From: Gemmatimonadales bacterium
GTDB taxonomy: Bacteria; Gemmatimonadota; Gemmatimonadetes; Gemmatimonadales; GWC2-71-9
Length of the DNA stretch: 64,000 nucleotides
Direction of reading: 5' to 3'
Assembly (NCBI GenBank): GCA_036556505.1
Contig: DATBJH010000077.1
Coordinates: forward strand, 6,862-70,861
Within the stretch, counting starts at the first letter, position 1. The number at the start of each line of letters is the position of its first letter. The notes under the pieces were generated by a model that saw only the letters and a program-made list of their open reading frames with translations, made no database searches and was not told where the DNA came from. Of the stretch, positions 1 through 9,433 are shown in pieces. A program made the translations under genes and the position numbers.

Positions 1-666
1 TCCCTGGCCCTCGGCGCGGTGGAGGTGACGCCGCTCGAGCTGACCGCGGCCTACGCACCATTCGCCAACGGCGGATACCGGGTCGAGCCGTCCCTGATCC
101 GCCGGATCGTGCGGGCCGACGGCAGCGAGCTATGGCGAGCCCGCGAACCGGACACCGATCGCGTACTCCAGGCGGGCGAGGCCTTCCAGGTAACCTCGAT
201 GCTTCGCTCGGTGGTGGACGAGGGCACCGGGCACTTCGTGCGGGAGCTCGGGGTCGAGGGGCCGGTCGCCGGCAAGACCGGCACCACCAACAACGGCGCG
301 GACATCTGGTTCGTGGGGTACACGCCCACGGTCGTTGCCACGGTGTGGTTCGGTTACGATGTGCCCCGGCGCATCGCGGCCAACGCCTCCGGCGGTCGCC
401 TGGCCGCGCCGGCCTGGGCCGCCTTCTACCGCAACGGTTGGAGGGAGCGGTCGTCCGCGGAGGGGTGGCTGCCGCCGGCCGGTCTGGTGAGCCGCGCCAT
501 CGACGAGGAGACCGGCTATCTCGCGAGCGAGTGGTGCCCTACCACCCGGCGCGAGTGGTTCAAGCCGGGCACGGAGCCGGTCCGCTACTGCCCCTACCAC
601 GACGCGCCGTTGATCGAAGTGCTGGAGCGGGTCGGGAAAGCGGTGGAGGAATGGCTGGGACTCTGA
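1..666 (+). CDS. Class A penicillin-binding protein (PBP1A-type), C-terminal transpeptidase portion; the 5' end lies upstream of the window
   Basis: Frame 1 is open from base 1 (ORF track 19..666). It has the KTGTTNN (KTG box) and flanking transpeptidase-like sequence. Stop TGA at 664-666. Confidence 0.85.
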   Translation, partial: SLALGAVEVTPLELTAAYAPFANGGYRVEPSLIRRIVRADGSELWRAREPDTDRVLQAGEAFQVTSMLRSVVDEGTGHFVRELGVEGPVAGKTGTTNNGADIWFVGYTPTVVATVWFGYDVPRRIAANASGGRLAAPAWAAFYRNGWRERSSAEGWLPPAGLVSRAIDEETGYLASEWCPTTRREWFKPGTEPVRYCPYHDAPLIEVLERVGKAVEEWLGL

Positions 667-675
667 CAGGAACTG

Positions 676-1464
676 TCAGAACGTCGTCGTATCCACCGCC
701 AGGCTGTAGGGCGGATACTGCAGGACCTCGTGCCGCACCTGCGATGCGGTGCGCAGCACCTTGGAAGGATAGCGGCGACAGTTCGGCGTGACGGAGCGGG
801 AGACGCAGCCGTTGTAGCGCAGGAGCGCGCGGCGAAGGTTCCCCGTCCGCTTCAGGTAGTGGCCCAGCACTCGTGCCCCGTGGCAGATGTTGGCTTCCAC
901 CTGCAGCAGATCGGCCGAGTCGCAGTCGTACTCGCCGGCGTGGAAGTGCATCACCTGCATCAGGCCGATGGCGCCCTGGCTGCTGCGCGCCCGCACGTCG
1001 AGCGGGGCGTTCTCGGTGAGCAGCACGCCCGCCAGGAGGCTGGGCTCGACCCGGAGATAATTGGCCTCCTTCACGATCGCCCGGGCGAGCCGGTCGGAGA
1101 ACTCCCGCTCTCCGGTCCGACTGAAGAAGAAGCGCGCCAGCGGCAGGTGCTCGAACCGGGCCATGACGTGCCGCTCCAGCGCGGCGCTGTCCGGCCGGAT
1201 CGGGATCCGGAACGGCATCGCGACCGCGCGAGCCATCACCAGGCTGCTGGACTGACGGCTCTCGAGCGGTCGGAAGGGCGGTGTCCATTGCACCGCGGCG
1301 ACGAGCATGGTAAGCGCGAGCGCCACCGAGAAGGGGCGGCGAGGCGCTTCGATCCGGCGCGCTGCAGCGTATTCTGGCGAATTCACGCGAGGTCGCCCTC
1401 CCCGGTGCGGCGTAAGCGGCGGTAATGCGGGGGCCGGCGAAAGCGTCAGCAAGAATCGGGACAC
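676..1464 (-). CDS. Lytic murein transglycosylase (SLT domain), secreted
   Basis: 262-aa ORF with an SLT-like core: LLTENAPLD...SSQGAIGLMQVM...LLRYNGC. There is a hydrophobic N-terminal segment. The exact start is uncertain. Confidence 0.8.
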   Translation of the reverse strand: MSRFLLTLSPAPALPPLTPHRGGRPRVNSPEYAAARRIEAPRRPFSVALALTMLVAAVQWTPPFRPLESRQSSSLVMARAVAMPFRIPIRPDSAALERHVMARFEHLPLARFFFSRTGEREFSDRLARAIVKEANYLRVEPSLLAGVLLTENAPLDVRARSSQGAIGLMQVMHFHAGEYDCDSADLLQVEANICHGARVLGHYLKRTGNLRRALLRYNGCVSRSVTPNCRRYPSKVLRTASQVRHEVLQYPPYSLAVDTTTF

Positions 1465-1512
1465 ACGCTGGTGACAAGAAATCGAACTGCGGAGGGATTT
1501 GACAGCGCGGCG

Positions 1513-2403
1513 CTAGGGCTCCAGCGACCGGAGCAGCTCCATCATCCTCACGTCGTAGGGGTCCGGCGAGTCATCGTCCTCCCCGATCTCGTAGTTCTGC
1601 TGCGGGGTCTCCAGAAGCAGCGGGATTCCCCCGCTGCGCCGGTCGTGCAGGAGCCAGCGGAACGGCTCCGGGCCGATGAGCCCATCGCCGATGAGCACAT
1701 GACGGTCGCGGTTGGACCCGAGCGGACCCTCGCTGTCGTTGAGGTGGAAGAAGGAAGGAGGCGAGCCGGTCGCGGCCTCGAAGTCGTCGAGGATCTTGGT
1801 GAAGGCCTTCTGCGAGGCCGTGATGTCGTGGCCGGAGGAGTAGAGGTGACAGGTGTCGAGGCCGTAGCCGGTCCGCCGGCGAAGCGCCTTCGGCACCCCG
1901 TCGAGCATGGCCCCCACCTCGGCGGGCGTCTTCCCCACCGTCAGGCCGGCGCCGGCGGTGTTCTCGATCAGCACCCGAGTCTCGCCGGGAATCGCTTCCA
2001 GCGCGCGGGTGATCGCGAGCGACACGCGCTTCACCGCGGCTTCCCGATCACCACCGGTCGCGGCGCCGGGGTGGAAGCAGAGCGCGCCGATGCCGAGCGC
2101 GGTGGAGCGCTCCAGCTCCTTCTTGAGTCCCGCCGCGGCCCTGCCCCACTTCTCCTCATCCGCGGTCGCCGTGTTCAGGACATAGGCCGAGTGCACCAGC
2201 ACGTTCGCCGGATCGATCTTCGCCCGGCCGAGCGCCTCGCGGAATCGCTGCACCCGCTCGGGACGGATCGAGGTCTTGTCGCCGTAGTACTTGGGAATCG
2301 CGGTGAAGATCTGCAGCGCCTGCATCCCCGAGCGCCCCGCGCGCAGGGCGGCCATGTGGATGCCGCCGTGGTCCACCGTGTGCGCGCCGAGCAGGCGGCT
2401 CAT
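1513..2403 (-). CDS. nfo: Deoxyribonuclease IV (endonuclease IV, AP endonuclease)
   Basis: 296-aa ORF whose N-terminus (LLGAHTVDHGG...ALQIFT) and overall TIM-barrel endonuclease IV-like sequence (HSAYVLN, CFHPGA, LIENTAG, DTCH) match the family. Confidence 0.9.
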   Translation of the reverse strand: MSRLLGAHTVDHGGIHMAALRAGRSGMQALQIFTAIPKYYGDKTSIRPERVQRFREALGRAKIDPANVLVHSAYVLNTATADEEKWGRAAAGLKKELERSTALGIGALCFHPGAATGGDREAAVKRVSLAITRALEAIPGETRVLIENTAGAGLTVGKTPAEVGAMLDGVPKALRRRTGYGLDTCHLYSSGHDITASQKAFTKILDDFEAATGSPPSFFHLNDSEGPLGSNRDRHVLIGDGLIGPEPFRWLLHDRRSGGIPLLLETPQQNYEIGEDDDSPDPYDVRMMELLRSLEP

Positions 2404-2580
2404 GGCGCGGCCAGGAGTGAGGCCGGAGTCGCCCGGGCGGCGAGCAAGGCGCTCGTCTTGCAGCAGCGGGAGACCCCGTCGCGCTCCGCCGCGAGTGCGA
2501 CCCGGTGATCTCCCCCACAGACGTGATGCGCCGAAGCTTTCATCTCCAGAGAGTCCGTGGCCGCCCGGAGGCGCTGGGCG

Positions 2581-3261
2581 CTAGCGATCCGACGCGGTGC
2601 CGGCCCGGGGCCGGGCCTCGCGCCGCCCGTTGGCGCGGCGTTCGGGGCTGCGCCGGCAGTAGAACAGCCGGGCGGGCATGATGTTGCGCGGCTCGAACTC
2701 CTGCTGGACGTGGGGGAACACCTGGCGCAGGCAGGGCAGAACGGCGCGGGTGAACTGGTAGACCAGGAACGCTCCGTCCTGCTGCAGAAGGTCGTGCGTG
2801 GTACGGAGGATCTTCGCCCGCACCTCGGGATCCATGGTCGAATACGGAATCCCCGAGATGACGTAATCGGCGCGTCCGAGTCCCCGCTCCCGCAGGTTCT
2901 TCTGTGCTTCCGCGGCCGACCCCTCGATCACATGAAGGCGGTCGTCGCGAAAGGCCCGGGTGAGAAAGCGGGCGAAGTCGCGGTTGGTGTCGATGGCCAG
3001 CAGGTTGGCGTCGGGGGGCAGCCGCCGCAGGATCTCGGCGGTAAATGTGCCGACACCCGGCCCATATTCCACGATCGTGCCGGCGCGGCTCCAGTCCACC
3101 TGATCGAGGAGCCGGTTTACCAGAAAGCGTGAGCTTGGGATGAGGGAGCCGAGCATCCGGGGATGCTTGAGGAAATTGCGGCTGAAGAGAGCTAGCGACG
3201 ACGTCACGGCCGCACCGTGGCGACCGCAGGGTTCAGCGCCGCCATCCGATGTCCCGCCCAA
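2581..3261 (-). CDS. Class I SAM-dependent methyltransferase (phospholipid/rRNA N-methyltransferase-like)
   Basis: 226-aa ORF with SAM motif I (VEYGPGVGTFT) and FLKHPRMLGSLIPSS near the N-terminus. The ORF-track start is a TTG, and the true start may be downstream. Confidence 0.75.
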   Translation of the reverse strand: MGGTSDGGAEPCGRHGAAVTSSLALFSRNFLKHPRMLGSLIPSSRFLVNRLLDQVDWSRAGTIVEYGPGVGTFTAEILRRLPPDANLLAIDTNRDFARFLTRAFRDDRLHVIEGSAAEAQKNLRERGLGRADYVISGIPYSTMDPEVRAKILRTTHDLLQQDGAFLVYQFTRAVLPCLRQVFPHVQQEFEPRNIMPARLFYCRRSPERRANGRREARPRAGTASDR

Positions 3262-3334
3262 TCGCGCGTCATGTCAGATCTCCTGGCTCCGTGACTGAGG
3301 GTTCGAGTTCCGCCAAGCCTCAAGATTCAAGGCT

Positions 3335-4093
3335 TTGGACACCGGGACAAGGGGCGGACCTGTGAGCGAGCTATGGATCGGCACCTCCGGCTACGTGTAC
3401 GTCCACTGGCGCCGCGGTGTGTTTTACCCCGAGGGGTTGCGGCAACGCGAGGAGCTGCCTTACTACGCGCAGCGCTTCCGCACGGTCGAGTTGAACAATC
3501 CCTTCTACCGGTTACCCGCGCCCGAGAGCTTCGACCGCTGGCGCGAGGCCGTACCGGACGACTTCCTCTACGCCGTCAAGGCGAGCCGCTACATCACCCA
3601 CATCAGGAGGCTGCGGGACGCCTCCGAGCCGGTGGCGCTCCTGCTCGAGCGCGCCGAGCGCCTGGGTCCCAAGCTGGGCCCGATTCTGTTCCAGCTTCCG
3701 CCGACCTATGTCGCCGACCTTGCCGCCCTGCGCCGCTTTCTGAAGGAGCTGCCCCGGTCGCATCGCTGGGTCTTCGAGTTCAGACATGCGAGCTGGCACA
3801 CGGCGGAGGTCTATCAGACCCTGGCCGATCGCGCCGTCGCCCTCTGCATTCCCGTGGGAGGGCGCGTTCGCCCCAGCCTCGTCAGCACCGCTGCGTTCGT
3901 CTACATCCGTATGCATGCGGGAGAAAGGCCCGGCGGGGGCTTCACCGCCGAGCAGCTCGCGTACTGGGCAGGACGGCTTCGCGCCCTCGGCAAGGCCGGC
4001 AAGGACCGGTTCGTCTACTTCAACAACGACGCAGGCGGGCACGCCCCGCGCGATGCCCGGGCACTGCTCGACCTGCTCCGGATCAGCCGGTGA
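3335..4093 (+). CDS. DUF72 (YecE-like) family protein
   Basis: 252-aa ORF with IGTSGYVY..W...FYP and YYAQRFRTVELNNPFY, typical of DUF72. The start at 3335 is TTG; an in-frame GTG at 3362 (VSELWIGTSGY) is an alternative. Confidence 0.85.
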   Translation: MDTGTRGGPVSELWIGTSGYVYVHWRRGVFYPEGLRQREELPYYAQRFRTVELNNPFYRLPAPESFDRWREAVPDDFLYAVKASRYITHIRRLRDASEPVALLLERAERLGPKLGPILFQLPPTYVADLAALRRFLKELPRSHRWVFEFRHASWHTAEVYQTLADRAVALCIPVGGRVRPSLVSTAAFVYIRMHAGERPGGGFTAEQLAYWAGRLRALGKAGKDRFVYFNNDAGGHAPRDARALLDLLRISR

Positions 4094-4104
4094 CGGAAAC
4101 ACGA

Positions 4105-4136
4105 GCGCCCACCGCGGAGCTTCCGACGGTGGGCGC
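4105..4136. terminator. GC-rich stem-loop between convergent genes (candidate bidirectional terminator, no U-tract)
   Basis: GCGCCCACCG (4105-4114) pairs perfectly with CGGTGGGCGC (4127-4136). An inner CGG/CCG extension is possible. The hairpin sits between the DUF72 stop (4093) and the stop of the minus-strand gene (4156). Confidence 0.4.
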
Positions 4137-4155
4137 GTCGCGGTGCCGCGCGGGC

Positions 4156-5001
4156 TTACCGGTTGCCGCCGACGGCGGCCTGGGCCTGGTACAGCTCCAG
4201 CCGCCGCCTGGCGATGTCCTGGTGCCGCTCGGCCACCTGCTTCTCGCGGTCGGCTTGGACCCGCTGCGCCTCCAGCACCTTGCGCTCCAGCTCGCGGATC
4301 ACGTTGTCGTGTCGGAGGGCCACCGCCGCATCCCCGCTTCCGGCGAGCTGCCGCTCCCCACGACGATTGCTGAGCTGCAGCTCGAGCTCCAGGGATTTGC
4401 GCGTTGATTCCGCCAGGCCCTTGCGGGCCTTCGCGGTCTCCTTTTCCGCCTGGTGGAGGGCCACTCGCTTTTCCAGGAACTGCTTGTGCCGCTCGGCGTC
4501 CTTCTTCTCCGCCTCGAATGAGGCCTCCTCGGCCTCGTTCTTGGCCTTTTCGGCCATCTTCTTCTGGGCGTCCAGGGTGGAGGCCTCCTGCTTCTTGACC
4601 TGCACCATAGCCTTCACCTGCTCCTCGACCCCCTGGAGCCGCTTCATTTCGGCATCGGCCTCACTCGCATCCAGCTTGGTCTGCTCGATCTCCTGCTTGA
4701 TCCGGTCGGCTGAACGAGGCGTCAGGATCTCGAGGAACCCGAGGGATTTCAGGGCGTCCGCCTGCCCACTGGCAGTGATGGCGGCCGCGGCCGCGGCTGC
4801 AGAAGTAGCCGCCGGAGCCGCCGCCGGAGCCGGAGCGGGCTCTGGCGCTGGGGGAGCCTCGGCTGGCGCGTATCCTTGCACGCTGTCCGAGGTACCCTGG
4901 GCGGCCACGACCGCGAGCGGGCACAGCCCCAGGGCGCCGACGACCAGGACGATGAGCGGACGGCTAGACACGGCGGATCTCCTTGCCAGGGCTCCTGGCA
5001 T
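4156..5001 (-). CDS. Secreted or membrane-anchored coiled-coil protein with an Ala/Pro-rich linker (hypothetical)
   Basis: ORF 4156..5061. The internal ATG at 5001 gives MPGALARRSAVSSRPLIVLVVGALGLCPLAVVAAQG, which is signal-like. This is followed by a PAPEPAPAPAAAPAA low-complexity stretch and then about 180 aa of K/E/A-rich heptad-like sequence. Confidence 0.6.
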   Translation of the reverse strand: MPGALARRSAVSSRPLIVLVVGALGLCPLAVVAAQGTSDSVQGYAPAEAPPAPEPAPAPAAAPAATSAAAAAAAITASGQADALKSLGFLEILTPRSADRIKQEIEQTKLDASEADAEMKRLQGVEEQVKAMVQVKKQEASTLDAQKKMAEKAKNEAEEASFEAEKKDAERHKQFLEKRVALHQAEKETAKARKGLAESTRKSLELELQLSNRRGERQLAGSGDAAVALRHDNVIRELERKVLEAQRVQADREKQVAERHQDIARRRLELYQAQAAVGGNR

Positions 5002-5073
5002 CCCCGGGAACCGGGACGAAGGGATGGCCAACTTACCTCGAAAAGCGCGACTCCGTAACACCCCCCGTGGGCG

Positions 5074-5631
5074 TCATTCCAGCCAGCTGGTGAGCTCGCC
5101 GGCAGGACGCCGCCGCCGGGGCGGCTCCGCCTCCACCGGATAGCCCACCGAAAGAATGCCGACCACCCGGTAACTGTCCGGCAATCCAACCAGTTCCGCG
5201 AGGGCGGGCTCGCCCATGACGCCACCGGTCTTGAGGTAGGTCCCCAGGCCGAGGGATTGCGCGGCGGTCATGAGATTGGCCGTCGCCATCATCACGGCGG
5301 CGTAGTCCTCCTCTCGCCGGACCTCGTCCTCGCTGGTCCGGGCCATCAGTACGATCAAGGCGGGGGACTCGAGCGTCTCGCGCCGGGCCTTGTCCGCCCG
5401 GGCTCGGCTCTCGGGGCCGTCGGCGTTCCTGAGACGGTGAGCCGCCTTGATCTCTGCCAGGCGTGCCTTGGCCCCTCCGGTGATGACGGCAAAGCGCCAC
5501 GGCTCGGTCAGCTTGTGGTTCGGGGCCCGAACCGCGCACTCCAGCAGCCGCTCGATGGTCTCGCGGGAGACCGGATCCGGCCGAAAGTGCCGTACGGAGG
5601 TCCGCTGTTGAATGGCGTCGATGGCATCCAT
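5074..5631 (-). CDS. Nitroreductase family protein
   Basis: 185-aa ORF with RTSVRHFRPDPV...APNHKLTEPWRF, characteristic of the NAD(P)H-flavin nitroreductase fold. Confidence 0.85.
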   Translation of the reverse strand: MDAIDAIQQRTSVRHFRPDPVSRETIERLLECAVRAPNHKLTEPWRFAVITGGAKARLAEIKAAHRLRNADGPESRARADKARRETLESPALIVLMARTSEDEVRREEDYAAVMMATANLMTAAQSLGLGTYLKTGGVMGEPALAELVGLPDSYRVVGILSVGYPVEAEPPRRRRPAGELTSWLE

Positions 5632-5641
5632 GGGGGGGAAT

Positions 5642-6196
5642 CTAGTCCGGGCTCACGCCGACGCGTCGGATGAGGACGAAGAGTGCCACGACGTCGTACG
5701 CCGCGTGGGCGACGATTGGGGCGAGGAGATTCCCGGAGAGCAGGAACAGAAGCCCGAGGTAGGCGCCGATCACCGAGGCCAACACGGCGTATGAGACCGA
5801 GAGCCAGTGACCGACACCGAACAGGAGGCTCGCGGCTGCGATCGCGAGCCAGAGCGGCGCACGTTCCGCCAGCCAGACCTGGATCACGCCCCGGAACAGG
5901 AGCTCCTCCCCCACACCGGCGAGCAGTGCGAGAAGCACGATGCCGCTTGCGGACGCCTTCGCCAGATAGGGCCCGAGACGCTCCTCGACCAGGGCCACCA
6001 GCCGACGCATGGGCTTCCAGGCGGTGCGCAGGCACCAGAGCAGAAGTCCCAGCATGGGCAGCGCGCCGGCGGCGCCGACCACCACCGCTCCGGCCTCGAG
6101 CCGCAGCTGGTCGATGGGGGAGACTCCGCCCAGATGGCCGAGGCCGAACGCGACGAGGATGAGGGCGCACTCCGAGAGCGCTCCCGCCGTCAGCAG
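5642..6196 (-). CDS. CPBP-family intramembrane glutamic endopeptidase (CAAX protease-like)
   Basis: Carries the EELLFRG, FGVGH and HAAYD motifs in a multi-TM sequence. The ORF-track start (6478) would overlap efp by about 250 nt and is rejected. TM-like sequence begins right after the efp stop, where only CTG codons (6196, 6193) are available. Canonical alternatives are GTG at 6085/6082 or ATG at 6055. The start is uncertain. Confidence 0.65.
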   Translation of the reverse strand: MLTAGALSECALILVAFGLGHLGGVSPIDQLRLEAGAVVVGAAGALPMLGLLLWCLRTAWKPMRRLVALVEERLGPYLAKASASGIVLLALLAGVGEELLFRGVIQVWLAERAPLWLAIAAASLLFGVGHWLSVSYAVLASVIGAYLGLLFLLSGNLLAPIVAHAAYDVVALFVLIRRVGVSPD

Positions 6197-6225
6197 GCGC
6201 GGGAACGACGGCGTGTCGGGCGTGC

Positions 6226-6783
6226 CTACTTGGCGCGCTCCAGGTACACGCCCTCGCGCGGGTTCACCCGAACCCGCTCGCCTTCCCCGATGAACTCGGG
6301 GACCTGAATGGTGACGCCATTGCTGAGCTTGGCGGGCTTGGTGCTGGCGGTCTTGGTCGCCGTCTTCATGATCGGGGCGGTTTCCACCACCTCGAGCTCC
6401 GCGACCGCCGGGAGCTGGATGGCGATGGGACGGCCGTTGAGCCATTCGGCCTGGAAGGTGAGCCCCGGCTCCAGCCACTGGCCCTGATCGCCGATCGTCT
6501 CGTCATCCAGGCTGTACTGGTCGTAGCTGCTCGCGTCCATCACGTGCACCCCGTTGGCGTCGCGGTAGAGCACCTGCAGCTCCTTGGTGTCGAGCCGGGC
6601 GTCTTCCACGAACTCGGTGGCGCTGAGCCTGGTGTCGAAGGTGTTGCCGGAGCTCAGGTTGCGGAATCGGACCTGGACGAAGGCCCGCAGGTTTCCGGGG
6701 GTCCGGTGCTGGAAATCCATCACCCGGCACGGCTGCCCCTCAACCATGATCACGTGTCCGCGCCGGATATCGCTCGCCTTCAT
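6226..6783 (-). CDS. efp: Translation elongation factor P
   Basis: The internal ATG at 6783 gives MKASDIRRGHVIMVEGQPCRVMDFQHRTPGNLRAFVQV..., with KPAKLSNGVTIQVPEFI near the C-terminus. This is a classic EF-P of 185 aa. Confidence 0.93.
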   Translation of the reverse strand: MKASDIRRGHVIMVEGQPCRVMDFQHRTPGNLRAFVQVRFRNLSSGNTFDTRLSATEFVEDARLDTKELQVLYRDANGVHVMDASSYDQYSLDDETIGDQGQWLEPGLTFQAEWLNGRPIAIQLPAVAELEVVETAPIMKTATKTASTKPAKLSNGVTIQVPEFIGEGERVRVNPREGVYLERAK

Positions 6784-6800
6784 CGGTCTGGCCGCTCCTG

Positions 6801-7844
6801 GTGGTCGTTCGCGCCGAGGGCAGGATGCCCCGAAGCCGGTGGAAGATACCGCCACCCGTGACAACAGTCACTGCCGCAGGCCACGGCGCCACTCTACGTT
6901 GCCCGGGCGTGCCAGCACTCGGTGACGGACTCGAGGCCCGCCTGGCGGGCTGGCGACAGAACGTGGGCGAGCCCGTCGCGCTCGATCTCGCGAGCGACGA
7001 GGCGTCACGCCACGCCGTCACGGCGACCAGGCTGGCCGTGATCAGCTGGAACGTGTGGATGGGGCGCGGCCGGGTCCTGGAACTGGTCGAGCGGCTCCGT
7101 GCCGGCGCACTGGGGGTCTCCGGCGATCTCCCGCCCGTGCTGTTGCTCCAGGAGGCATTTCGGCAGGACCCGACGGTTCCCGCGCGGTCGAACGGCTTCG
7201 CGGCGCGGGAGCTGGTGACCCGGCTCCGGCCGCGGCAGGACGTCGTGGACGTCGCCCGGAGCCTGCGATGGAACCTTCGGTATGTCCCGTCCATGCGAAA
7301 CGGCGGCGAGCGCAGTGACCGCGGGAACGCCATCCTCACACCGCTGCCGCTCGGCCCGGCGCAGGATATCGAGCTTCCCTTCGCGCTGCAGCGGCGGGTG
7401 GCGGTGGGCGCGACCCTCACGACGGCAGGGCACGAGGTCCGCCTGCTCAACGCGCATCTGGACCCTCGAGGTCCCGTCGGCTACAAGTGGCTGGGGGCCG
7501 CCGCTCGGGGGCGTCAGATGGAACACCTGCTCGCCGGCGTAGAGCATGGCACCGTGGTGCTCGGCGCCGATCTGAATCTGGGACGGGGGCGCGCGGAGCG
7601 CGCCTGGCGGCTGCTGGTGGAACATGGGTTCGAGCACGGGGTGCCGCCCCGGCTGCCGACCTGGCGGCATACCTACCACTCCCTGCCCCGTCTCGTCATC
7701 GACTACCTGCTGGTACGGAACCGTGCCGGCGCCATCCGTTCCACTGCCGTGCGCCGAGTGGACGAGGATCCGGCCGACCGCGGTCCCAACGTCTTCGGCT
7801 CCGATCACCATCCCCTGCTCGCCCTCGTGGAGCTCGCCGAGTGA
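6801..7844 (+). CDS. Endonuclease/exonuclease/phosphatase (EEP) family protein
   Basis: 347-aa ORF with a GTG start. EEP-like blocks are present: VISWNVW, LLLQEAF, GNAILT, LLNAHLDP, VLGADLN, GSDHHPL. Confidence 0.8.
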   Translation: MVVRAEGRMPRSRWKIPPPVTTVTAAGHGATLRCPGVPALGDGLEARLAGWRQNVGEPVALDLASDEASRHAVTATRLAVISWNVWMGRGRVLELVERLRAGALGVSGDLPPVLLLQEAFRQDPTVPARSNGFAARELVTRLRPRQDVVDVARSLRWNLRYVPSMRNGGERSDRGNAILTPLPLGPAQDIELPFALQRRVAVGATLTTAGHEVRLLNAHLDPRGPVGYKWLGAAARGRQMEHLLAGVEHGTVVLGADLNLGRGRAERAWRLLVEHGFEHGVPPRLPTWRHTYHSLPRLVIDYLLVRNRAGAIRSTAVRRVDEDPADRGPNVFGSDHHPLLALVELAE

Positions 7845-9142
7845 GCGAGCTGGGCGTCGTCGCGGAGCTGCCCTGGTGGGCGTGGGGACTCATGGTCATC
7901 GGCCTGCTCGCGCTGATCGGCGTGATCGGGGCGCTCTTCCTCCCCGACTGGCCGACGCCCGACTACCGCCTGGGCTTCGATGCCGATCCCGGCTCGGAGG
8001 ATTTCCTCCGACTCGCGGCCGGATTTCTCAACGTCCCCTTGCTCCGTGGCGGCACCGCCGAGCTGCTCCAGAATGGCGACCGGTTCTACCCCGCCATGCT
8101 GGAGGCGATCCGCGGAGCGCAGCGGTCGATCAACTTCGAGGTCTACATCTTCGAGTCCGACGGCACCGGGCGGGAGTTCATCGAGGCGTTCAAGGAGCGG
8201 GCTCGCGCCGGTGTGGAGGTGAGGCTGCTGCTCGACGCCTTCGGGTCGTGGAAGCTCAAGCGCGCCCACCGGCGCGATCTGGTCGAGGCGGGCGTGCGGC
8301 TGGAGCTCTTTCGCCCGCTCGCGCTCCGCAACCTGGTGCGGATCTACCGGCGCACCCACCGGCGCGCCATCGTGATCGACGGCCGGATCGGCTTCACCGG
8401 AGGGGCGGCGATCTCGGACAAGTGGAAGGGTGATACCCGGACGCCCAAGGAGTGGCGTGACAGCATGACCCGGGTGACCGGCGCGCTGGTGGTGGGCGTG
8501 CAATCCGCCTTCGCCAGCAACTGGGTGTACAACTGCGGTGAGTTCATCGCCGGCCCCGGCTTCTATCCCCCGCTGCGAGTGGACGAAGGACCGGCCTGCG
8601 GCGTGTCGGTGGTGAGCTCACCCTCCGATGCGCAACAGCCGATCCGGATGCTGCTCTGGCTCAGCTTCGTGAACGCGCGGCGACGGCTCTGGATCGCAAG
8701 CTCGTACTTCATCCCGGACCTCCAGCTCCGGAAAGCGGTCACGGAGCGCGCCCGCTCCGGCGTGGACGTCCGCATTCTCGTCCCCGGAAATCACACGGAT
8801 GCCATCCCGGTGCAGTACACCGGCCGCGGCTACTACGAGGAGCTGCTGGAGGCGGGCGTGCGCATCTTCGAGTACCAAGCCTCGATGATGCACGCGAAGA
8901 CCGTGGTCGTGGACGACGGGTGGACCCTGGTCGGCTCGGCCAACATGGACGAGCGGAGCATGGAGATCAACGAGGAGAACCTGCTCGGTATCGCGGAGCC
9001 GGAGCTCGCCCGGTCCGCGGCCGAGGGGATGGACCAGGACTTCGCCCGCAGCCGCGAGATCGAGCTCGAGGCATGGCGCCGCCGGCCGCTCCATCAGCGC
9101 GTGCTCGAAAAAGCCGCGAAAGTGCTCATCGAGCAGTACTGA
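7841..9142 (+). CDS. cls: Cardiolipin synthase / phospholipase D family protein
   Basis: The GTG at 7841 overlaps the upstream TGA (GTGA). The product has an N-terminal TM segment (WWAWGLMVIGLLALIGVIG). There are two HKD-type motifs: HRRAIVIDGRIGFTGG (Lys replaced by Arg) and HAKTVVVDDGWTLVGSANMD. The ORF-track extension back to 7487 overlaps the EEP gene and is rejected. Confidence 0.85.
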   Translation: MSELGVVAELPWWAWGLMVIGLLALIGVIGALFLPDWPTPDYRLGFDADPGSEDFLRLAAGFLNVPLLRGGTAELLQNGDRFYPAMLEAIRGAQRSINFEVYIFESDGTGREFIEAFKERARAGVEVRLLLDAFGSWKLKRAHRRDLVEAGVRLELFRPLALRNLVRIYRRTHRRAIVIDGRIGFTGGAAISDKWKGDTRTPKEWRDSMTRVTGALVVGVQSAFASNWVYNCGEFIAGPGFYPPLRVDEGPACGVSVVSSPSDAQQPIRMLLWLSFVNARRRLWIASSYFIPDLQLRKAVTERARSGVDVRILVPGNHTDAIPVQYTGRGYYEELLEAGVRIFEYQASMMHAKTVVVDDGWTLVGSANMDERSMEINEENLLGIAEPELARSAAEGMDQDFARSREIELEAWRRRPLHQRVLEKAAKVLIEQY

Positions 9143-9157
9143 ATGCGTTATCGGTTA

Positions 9158-9433
9158 TCAGCCTCCCGCGATGGCCGCCACCACGGTGATCTCGTCACCT
9201 TCCCGCACCGGGGTCGCGAAGCCGTTCCGGAACCGCACGTCCTCGTCGTTCAGGTAGAACGTGACGAAGGGATACGGCCCGCCGGTGTCGTCCCGCAGCC
9301 TCGGCGCAAGCCGGGGGAAGCGGTCGGCGATCTGGGTGACGACGTCACCCAGGGTGGTGCCGCTCGCCTCGATCGACGACTGGCCGTCGGCCAGCTTGGC
9401 GAGCACCGTGGGCAGGCTAAAGGTCACGGCCAT
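9158..9433 (-). CDS. MoaD/ThiS-family small sulfur-carrier-like protein (C-terminal Gly-Gly)
   Basis: The internal ATG at 9433 gives a 91-aa product ending in ...VVAAIAGG. Size and sequence (REGDEITVV) fit the beta-grasp carrier fold. It overlaps the upstream ThrC-family gene by 17 nt. Confidence 0.8.
   Translation of the reverse strand: MAVTFSLPTVLAKLADGQSSIEASGTTLGDVVTQIADRFPRLAPRLRDDTGGPYPFVTFYLNDEDVRFRNGFATPVREGDEITVVAAIAGG

Noticed and set aside
3299-3311. GGTTCGAGTTCC, resembling a tRNA T-arm (GGTTCGAATCC).
   Set aside because: The flanking bases do not form a T-stem. No acceptor, D or anticodon arms can be drawn around it. It lies in a 73-nt divergent promoter gap.
5642-6478. The full 278-aa version of the CPBP protease ORF.
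   Set aside because: Its first ~85 codons overlap efp by about 250 nt and are Arg/Gly/His-rich. The gene almost certainly starts after the efp stop, although the exact start codon is unresolved.
7487-7840. ORF-track 5' extensions of real genes: cls 7487-7840, the Zn-ribbon gene 19432-19833, the permease 46063-46479, the DUF4381-like gene 14565-15275, efp 6784-6864 and hrpB 35940-36005.
   Set aside because: These extensions overlap neighbouring well-supported genes and encode Arg/Pro-rich low-complexity sequence. Internal starts give canonical N-termini, ribosome-binding sites or 4-nt coupling overlaps.
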